Shown in pieces: positions 58,315 to 64,000 of a stretch of DNA of 64,000 nucleotides. The notes below the pieces were generated by a model. It saw only the letters and a program-made list of their open reading frames with translations. It ran no database searches and was not told the DNA's origin. This DNA comes from Candidatus Cloacimonadales bacterium (GTDB lineage Bacteria > Cloacimonadota > Cloacimonadia > Cloacimonadales > JAFGVF01), in NCBI GenBank assembly GCA_963677815.1, contig OY782499.1, forward strand, positions 613,252-677,251, given 5' to 3'. A program made the translations under genes and the position numbers. Numbering within the stretch: position 1 is the first letter of the stretch; every line of letters begins with the position of its first letter.

Positions 58315-58397
58315 TATGGAGTGGATGCATCTTGCATCCACAACAGGCTCTGAAAGCCTGTTAATCTGGCGGCAAGATGCCGCCAGTCCATAGTGTG
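58315..58397 (+). repeat. Cloverleaf-like three-hairpin J module (83 bp), copy 1
   Basis: The layout is tatgga g [gtggatgca tct tgcatccac] aa [caggct ctgaa agcctg] ttaat [ctggcggca aga tgccgccag] tccata gtgt. The closing stem is tatgga/tccata. It is identical to 58578-58659. Confidence 0.9.
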
Positions 58398-58410
58398 TTT
58401 ACTCTTTTTT

Positions 58411-58531
58411 ACTCTCCCCGGTCTACTCGACCACCCCTCTCAAGCGCTCCAAGGAGCTGAAAGGGGATTGTTTACTCTCCCCGGTCTACTCGACCACCCC
58501 TCTCAAGCGCTCCAAGGAGCTGAAAGGGGAT
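58411..58531 (+). repeat. Family A hairpin repeat, 2 tandem copies (62-bp period)
   Basis: The motif tactctcc starts at 58411 and 58473. It is followed by a further hairpin, gcggatgtggtcatccgc. Confidence 0.9.
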
Positions 58532-58577
58532 GCGGATGTGGTCATCCGCTTTCCCAGTTATTGAGCTGAAAGGGTTT

Positions 58578-58659
58578 TATGGAGTGGATGCATCTTGCAT
58601 CCACAACAGGCTCTGAAAGCCTGTTAATCTGGCGGCAAGATGCCGCCAGTCCATAGTGT
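58578..58659 (+). repeat. Cloverleaf-like three-hairpin J module, copy 2
   Basis: A perfect direct repeat of 58315-58397. It ends at the stop codon of the O-methyltransferase gene. Confidence 0.9.
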
Positions 58660-59276
58660 TATTTCAAAACACTAATAGTAATTCCATCACCAACAGGTAA
58701 AATTGTTGTTTCGAGTAAGGGGTGCTTGATTACATAATGGTTATATTGATCCATAGGTTTGGCTAATCTATCCTTAAAACCCATAGGTAAGAAAAGTGTG
58801 TCATCTGCATAAATGATTCCTTTAGGGTTAAGAAGATTGATACAAGAATCAATAACCTTATTATAGAGTGGTTTATTTGAATCGATAATAATAATATCAT
58901 ATTTGTCTTTTAGGTCTTTAACTACTTCAATAGCATCACCAGCGATTACTTCAATTCTATCAGCTAGTCCTGCTTTTTCAATATTTACCACATTTTCTTT
59001 TACAAATCTTTCATCAATTTCGATTGTGGTTAGTTTACCCTTAGTTTTCTTCAGTGCTTCGCCTGCCCAAATAGCAGAATAGCCCAAACAAGTACCTATT
59101 TCTAAAACATTTTTAGCATCCTTCAAGATAATGAACCATGACAAGAGCCGGGCACCTTGTTTAGTGATATTTGGTTGAACGTTAATTCTTTCTTGATGTG
59201 CTATTTCAAGTTCTTTTAAGATTTGGTTAGGGTAGCTGATAAATGAATCAATATAGCTGTTAATTTTATCTTGCAT
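58659..59276 (-). CDS. Class I SAM-dependent O-methyltransferase (family 3, caffeoyl-CoA OMT/YrrM-like)
   Basis: 205 aa. Has a SAM motif (VLEIGTCLGYSAIW) and an IIIDSNK motif. Confidence 0.85.
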   Translation of the reverse strand: MQDKINSYIDSFISYPNQILKELEIAHQERINVQPNITKQGARLLSWFIILKDAKNVLEIGTCLGYSAIWAGEALKKTKGKLTTIEIDERFVKENVVNIEKAGLADRIEVIAGDAIEVVKDLKDKYDIIIIDSNKPLYNKVIDSCINLLNPKGIIYADDTLFLPMGFKDRLAKPMDQYNHYVIKHPLLETTILPVGDGITISVLK

Positions 59277-59461
59277 AAATACCTCAAAGTGATTTTAATT
59301 ATTATTTTATTGACATCTTATTAAATATTTCATAACTTTACATTTATTGGACAAAAATACATATCTTATGTAGAGTTAAACACATCATTCTTAAGAGTTG
59401 TTTACTGGCAACTTTTTTTTAATTAAGTTTCATAACTTTTAAAATTTTAAGGTAATCTATA

Positions 59462-60805
59462 ATGAAAAAAGCAAAAATCTTGATAGCTGATGATGATTAT
59501 ATTTTTTGTGAACTTACAAAATATATTCTTACTGAAAATAACTTTGAAGTCATTCTCGCCAATGATAGTGCTACAGCGATAAATTTTATTGAGAAAGATT
59601 CTTGTGATTTAATACTTCTTGATTTATATTTTCCAGACTACAAGACAGGAATTAACACATTAAAAACTATTAAGAATAAAAATATTAATATTCCAATAAT
59701 AGTTATTACAAGTGATAACATGACTCTTATTAGTAGATTTCAAGATTTAATTCATACTGGTGCTTATGATATTATTGAAAAACCTGTCCAAGAAGAAAGA
59801 TTACTTTTAACCATAAGAAATGCTGTAGACCACTTTTCCTTCAAAAAGAATAAGAATATCTATCGAGAAGCAAAATTAATCCACTTGATAGGTAATTCTC
59901 CTGCCATAAGTAAAGTAAGAAATAAAATCGAAAAGAATTTTGATAGTGAAAACAATTTAGTGATATATTGTGAGAGCGGAACTGGTGCTAAAAATATTGT
60001 TAAAAAGATTCATCAAAAGTCATCTAGAAAAGATAATAAAATTTACAGTATTGAGTGTTCTAAATTAACTAATAAAGATATGGAAATAGAGCTTTTTGGA
60101 GACCCTAAAGAAAGTAACTATCAGAAAAAATATGAAAATTTAAAGGTTGTTAAAGCTCAATCTTCTATTCTTTTAATAAATGACCTTCATCTAATGCCAT
60201 TAAAAACCCAAGAAAAATTTGCAAGAACTTTATTAGGAAGAAAACTAAAAAATCTTGGAGGAAGAAGTTTAGAAAATCTAGATGTTAGATTAATCTTCAT
60301 AACAAGTAAAGAAACTTATAATAAATCTTATAATCCAAATTTATGTTCTACCTTAATTGATTTATGCCAAGATGAACTGCTTTTACCATCTTTAAATGAG
60401 AGAGTTGAAGATATTCCTTTATTAGTTAATCACCTAATTAGTGAGTTTAATCAAGCCACAGATTCTAATATTTCTATTCAAGAAGCAGCATTAACTAATT
60501 TAATGAAGCATAAATGGAAAAATAATATTGCAGAACTTGAAAAAGTAATCTTAAAAATCCTGCATGAATTAGATTGTGATTTAATCAGTAATAAAGATAT
60601 AATTTTTAAAGAAGAAGGTTTTGAATACTTCATACCTATAACTTTCAAAGAAGCAACTAGAAACTTTGAAAAATTATATTTAAAACAAATAATGGAATAT
60701 CATGATGGAAATTTAAACAAGTCTGCTGAAACCTTAAAAATTGATAGATCAAACCTCTTTAAAAAACTGCAAAAACATGGGATAAATATTAAGAAAAAAG
60801 CATAA
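59462..60805 (+). CDS. NtrC-family response regulator (REC + degenerate AAA+ + Fis-type HTH)
   Basis: The REC domain has ILIADDD...LILLDLYFPD. The central domain aligns to sigma-54 activators but has CESGTGAKN in place of GESGTGKE, no GAFTGA (ELFGDPKESNYQKK) and LLINDLHL in place of LFLDEI. The C-terminal HTH is NLNKSAETLKIDRSNLFKKLQKHGI. Confidence 0.8.
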   Translation: MKKAKILIADDDYIFCELTKYILTENNFEVILANDSATAINFIEKDSCDLILLDLYFPDYKTGINTLKTIKNKNINIPIIVITSDNMTLISRFQDLIHTGAYDIIEKPVQEERLLLTIRNAVDHFSFKKNKNIYREAKLIHLIGNSPAISKVRNKIEKNFDSENNLVIYCESGTGAKNIVKKIHQKSSRKDNKIYSIECSKLTNKDMEIELFGDPKESNYQKKYENLKVVKAQSSILLINDLHLMPLKTQEKFARTLLGRKLKNLGGRSLENLDVRLIFITSKETYNKSYNPNLCSTLIDLCQDELLLPSLNERVEDIPLLVNHLISEFNQATDSNISIQEAALTNLMKHKWKNNIAELEKVILKILHELDCDLISNKDIIFKEEGFEYFIPITFKEATRNFEKLYLKQIMEYHDGNLNKSAETLKIDRSNLFKKLQKHGINIKKKA

Positions 60806-60816
60806 ATAAGAAGTCA

Positions 60817-61150
60817 TTATCCACAAGTTATCCACATAGAAAAATCTTTTAAATATTCTATTGATTACTAAAGCATATATACAAGTATTTCAGACACTTA
60901 ACTAAAAAGCAAACAATAAACATTAAATAAAATATTCAGGAAGGTACTCAACTTCTCCACAGGGGTGGATAAATAAATGTGAATAAATAAGGATAAAGAA
61001 GAAAATAAGATTGATATACTCTAAAAGAAGTGGATAAATAAGGATAATTAAGAGAAGTATCCACAAGATATCCCCAATTACAATAGTTTTTAAGAAGCAT
61101 ATTTTTCAGATTCTTATAATTTCACTTGACGACTTATCCATATATCCACA
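60817..61150. promoter_or_regulatory. Second cluster of DnaA-box-like 9-mers between the NtrC-like gene and the lipoprotein gene
   Basis: TTATCCACA is at 60817 and 60828 (both perfect, 11-bp spacing). GTATCCACA at 61057 pairs with ATATCCCCA at 61068. TTATCCATA is at 61134 and ATATCCACA at 61142. Opposite-strand GGTGGATAA is at 60964, TGTGAATAA at 60978 and AGTGGATAA at 61029. Confidence 0.5.
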
Positions 61151-61196
61151 CAGACTACTACTAATACTAATTAATAAAAAGAAAAGGTAATATAAT

Positions 61197-62435
61197 ATGT
61201 ATTTAATGATTAAGAGACTTATATTTTTGGCAACTTGTACACTCCTTCTATTTGCTTGTAATAACAAAGAAAATAATATTGGAATTACTCAATCTGATCT
61301 AATACCAATGGCTGGACAAATTGATTCTTTTTCTCAAGAATTTTCCTTCAGAGATAGTATTTCTGTTAATGGAGAAAACTATAAACTCTTAGTAGCAAAT
61401 ACCCAAGAAGTAGAATCTCAAGCTATTGTTTCTTTTGCTTATTTACCAGATAATGTTGAGTATATAGCTGATGCTACTTTAACTTTTTATACTGATCTAA
61501 AGCCTGAAGGTGATATGGAATTCAAAATTAAGAGAATCGAACAAGATTATTTAGAATCTCAAGCTACTTGGCAAGAAGCTAGCGAGGGAGAAACTTGGGA
61601 TGAAGATTTAATATTTGAAAGTATAACACCAGCTGTAACATTAACTGATACTGTTGCAGGAAGAATAGATTCCTTAGTATTTAATCTTCCTGTTGAAGAA
61701 ATAAAAACTTGGACAGAAACAGATCAAGCACTTTTCACACTTATGGTTTATACTGAGTCAAACAATTATATAGAGCTTTATTCATCCGAAAACTCTAAAA
61801 ATCCTATATTGAACTTCAAATATATGCTTAACAGTGAAACAGAAGAAAAGGAATATAGTAGAAATGCTTTCAAGGATACCTATATTGTTAACGACAAGCT
61901 GGGATTAGAGCAAGTATGGGCTCCTATGATTTCTTTAAGTAATATGACGCCTAAACGAGCATTTTTGAAGTTTGACCTTGATACAAATTTAATTTTAAAT
62001 CAAGAAGGGGATAATTTAACTCAATTCCAAAAAGATCATCTTACTGTTAATAGTGCTTACATCAGATTGTATGTAAAAAACTTTTCTTTCTTTGATGGTA
62101 ATAGATCTGTTTATATCACACCTTACAGAGTAATGGAAGAAGTTACTGATATAGCTATGATTGATAAAATTAATAATTTAGAATATTTAAATAATACTGG
62201 TACTAGTGTGGCAACTATTGAATCTGCTCCTGATTCTACTCAGTATGTTGATGTTAAAATAACCCCAATTTTGCAAGGCTTTATCTCTGGTGAAAAAGAT
62301 AATTTCGGTATTGTTATGACCTCTTCTTATCAATCAACTAACTTTGATGCTATTGAATTTTATGGAAAAGAGGCAGAAGATGAGAGTTTAAGACCTAAAG
62401 TACATTTCGTTTATACTTTACCTATGGAAGATTGA
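61197..62435 (+). CDS. Lipoprotein of unknown function
   Basis: 412 aa. Has a lipobox (LLLFAC). I recognise no catalytic motif. The start could be the internal MIKRL at 61206. Confidence 0.6.
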   Translation: MYLMIKRLIFLATCTLLLFACNNKENNIGITQSDLIPMAGQIDSFSQEFSFRDSISVNGENYKLLVANTQEVESQAIVSFAYLPDNVEYIADATLTFYTDLKPEGDMEFKIKRIEQDYLESQATWQEASEGETWDEDLIFESITPAVTLTDTVAGRIDSLVFNLPVEEIKTWTETDQALFTLMVYTESNNYIELYSSENSKNPILNFKYMLNSETEEKEYSRNAFKDTYIVNDKLGLEQVWAPMISLSNMTPKRAFLKFDLDTNLILNQEGDNLTQFQKDHLTVNSAYIRLYVKNFSFFDGNRSVYITPYRVMEEVTDIAMIDKINNLEYLNNTGTSVATIESAPDSTQYVDVKITPILQGFISGEKDNFGIVMTSSYQSTNFDAIEFYGKEAEDESLRPKVHFVYTLPMED

Positions 62436-62448
62436 AGACAGGAAGGAA

Positions 62449-63196
62449 GAAGATTCTTTACACTAATTAACACGAATTAGAGCGAATTTCACGAATAAGA
62501 AGAAGTCTATCCACGGATTTCACTAATTACACGAATTACTTTTTGCTAAAAAGGGATTGTTCGTTTTTGGTCGAGGTATTCCAGTCCGTGGTTACGCAGA
62601 TGCCAAGATATAGATAAATCCCCCTTTGAGAGGGGGACGACAGGGGGGGGGCCTTTGTTTCCTTAACACAGAGTTTAGAAAAGAAGATTCTTTACGCGAA
62701 TTAACTCGAATTAGAGCGAATTTCACGAATAAGAAGAAATCTATCCACGGATTTCACTAATTACACGAATTACTTTTTGCTAAAAGTGTTAGTCTATGGG
62801 GAGCAGGATTCTAGCCTGTGGTTACGCAGATGCAAAGATATAGATAAATCCCCCTTTGAGAGGGGGACGACAGGGGGGGCCTTTGTTTCCTTAACACAGA
62901 GTTTAGAAAAGAAGATTCTTTACACTAATTAACTCGAATTAGAACGAATTTCACGAATAAGAAGAAGTCTATCCACGGATTTCACTAATTACACGAATTA
63001 CTTTTTGCTAAAAAGGGATTGTTGGTTTTTGGTCGCGGGATTCCAGTTCGCTATTACGCAGGTGACATGGATATAGATAAATCCCCCTTTGGGAGGGGGA
63101 AGACAGGGGGAGTTCCTTTGTTTTCTTTAACACAGAGTTTAGAAAAGAAGATTCTTTACGCGAATTAACTCGAATTAGAACGAATTTCACGAATTT
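62449..63196 (+). repeat. Tandem array of 3.2 copies of a ~228-236 bp composite unit (CGAAT-rich segment + H motif + family F hairpin)
   Basis: The motif gaagattcttta starts at 62449, 62683, 62911 and 63147. Each full unit ends with ...ggttacgcagRtg...atagataaatccccctttgagagggggacgacaggggg...tttcc. Confidence 0.95.
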
Positions 63197-63351
63197 ACTG
63201 GTTTAAAGGTTTGTAAGATATTGGAAGATTAATAGATAAAGAAAAGTGAGTGATTATATTTATATGTTTTATAATCATCCATTAGTTAGAAAAAAAAATT
63301 ATCCCGAAGGGATAACAGCCTGTGGTTACGCAGATGTCAAGATATAGATAA

Positions 63352-63388
63352 ATCCCCCTTTGAGAGGGGGAAAATAGGGGGTGTTTCC
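63352..63388 (+). repeat. Family F hairpin, left inverted repeat flanking DUF559 copy 2
   Basis: The sequence atccccctttgagagggggaaaatagggggtgtttcc is the exact reverse complement of 63761-63797. It ends 4 nt before ATG 63393. Confidence 0.95.
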
Positions 63389-63392
63389 ATAT

Positions 63393-63758
63393 ATGTTAAC
63401 AAAAGTACCTTATAGGTTACCTTATAATAAAGATTTAAAAGAAAAAGCTAGGTTTTTAAGAATTAATCAAACTAATGCTGAAAAGAAGCTATGGTATCAA
63501 TATTTATCACCTCACAAAGAAAAATTTAATAGACAGAAAATAATAGATAATTTTATTGTTGATTTTTATTGTGCTAGGCATAAATTAGTAATTGAAATTG
63601 ATGGTGAAACACATAATAGTGATAGATCTTATAATTATGATAAAAGAAGAACTCAAGTTCTAAATTCTTATGGATTAATAGTTATAAGATTTTCGAATTA
63701 CGAAATATATAATGAATTTGATAGTGTGATAGAAAGAATTGAAGAATATTTGAAATGA
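63393..63758 (+). CDS. DUF559 (Vsr-like / PD-(D/E)xK endonuclease fold) protein, copy 2
   Basis: Has QTNAEKKLWYQYL...FIVDFYCARHKLVIEIDGETH...LIVIRFSNYEI. By eye it is about 40% identical to copy 1 over the core. I chose ATG 63393; the track uses GTG 63381, which lies inside the flanking repeat. Ends with a TGA stop at 63756-63758. Confidence 0.85.
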   Translation: MLTKVPYRLPYNKDLKEKARFLRINQTNAEKKLWYQYLSPHKEKFNRQKIIDNFIVDFYCARHKLVIEIDGETHNSDRSYNYDKRRTQVLNSYGLIVIRFSNYEIYNEFDSVIERIEEYLK

Positions 63759-63760
63759 TA

Positions 63761-63797
63761 GGAAACACCCCCTATTTTCCCCCTCTCAAAGGGGGAT
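63761..63797 (-). repeat. Family F hairpin, right inverted repeat flanking DUF559 copy 2
   Basis: The sequence ggaaacaccccctattttccccctctcaaagggggat begins 2 nt after the TGA stop (63756-63758). Confidence 0.95.
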
Positions 63798-63822
63798 GTG
63801 GAGGAAAGGAAGCAAAACATAT

Positions 63823-64000
63823 ATGAAAAAAAATATTTTACTAGTAATAATATTAATGATAGCTTTAATATCTAGTGCTGAAGTGTTAGATAGGATAATT
63901 GCTAAAGTGGGTAATGATATAATATTGCAGTCTGATTTAGAAAAACAAATGATGCAGATGCAAAGTGCTGGAATGTTAGATGAATCAATGACAGAGCAAG
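63823..64000 (+). CDS. N-terminal fragment of a SurA-like periplasmic chaperone/PPIase; 3' end lies off-window
   Basis: ATG 63823 is preceded by ggaggaaagga. The translation MKKNILLVIILMIALISSAEVLDRIIAKVGNDIILQSDLEKQ resembles the SurA N-terminal domain (LDRIVAVVG...IL.SDL). Confidence 0.55.
   Translation, partial: MKKNILLVIILMIALISSAEVLDRIIAKVGNDIILQSDLEKQMMQMQSAGMLDESMTEQ

Noticed and set aside
58315-58397. tRNA or tRNA-like gene (closing stem plus three hairpins)
   Set aside because: The arm lengths (9/6/9 bp) and loops (3-5 nt) do not fit D, anticodon or T arms. There is no GTTCRANYC T-loop and no 7-nt anticodon loop. The module is a repeated element. I found no tRNA or rRNA elsewhere in the window.
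1-64000. Autonomous IS element, prophage or integrative element that would explain the many repeats
   Set aside because: No transposase, integrase, recombinase or phage structural gene is recognisable in any of the six frames. All TIR/TSD-bearing elements here are short and non-coding.

Overview
AT-rich bacterial chromosomal window with about 47 supportable protein-coding genes. I found no rRNA, tRNA, CRISPR array, transposase or integrase. All protein family calls come from motifs read in the supplied translations; no database search was possible.

Gene content: housekeeping genes (comM, efp, arcA, an RNB exoribonuclease, glnA, tyrS, kdsB, mnmG, engB, queD, rnhC) are interleaved with many secreted proteins. 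These carry a C-terminal T9SS-type sorting domain (motifs such as YPNPFNPET...GVYLYRL): an M14 carboxypeptidase, a C25 gingipain-like protease, a C11 clostripain-like protease, a beta-propeller protein and a thioredoxin-like protein. There is also a tightly packed 5-gene glycosyltransferase operon. This content suggests an FCB-group or Cloacimonadota-like organism, but that is inference only.

Main observations:
1. Nearly every intergenic region longer than about 200 bp is a mosaic of several families of hairpin-forming repeats. Two of these families have target-site duplications, and one nested insertion has its empty site also present in the window.
2. Two diverged DUF559 (Vsr/PD-(D/E)xK-fold) genes are each embedded precisely between inverted copies or arrays of a hairpin repeat family that is also dispersed elsewhere in the window. 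This resembles the REP/REPIN-RAYT arrangement, but with a different protein fold. It is my top candidate for an undescribed system.
3. An in-frame TGA replaces the first Cys of a W-C-x-x-C-P redox motif in a secreted T9SS protein, with a small GGUC-loop hairpin just downstream. This is a candidate selenoprotein that the ORF track truncates.
4. Cloverleaf-like multi-hairpin repeats show compensatory stem changes between loci.
5. Two clusters of DnaA-box-like 9-mers (TTATCCACA) lie 16 kb apart.
6. A roughly 234-bp tandem array carries CGAAT pentamers phased at about 10 bp.
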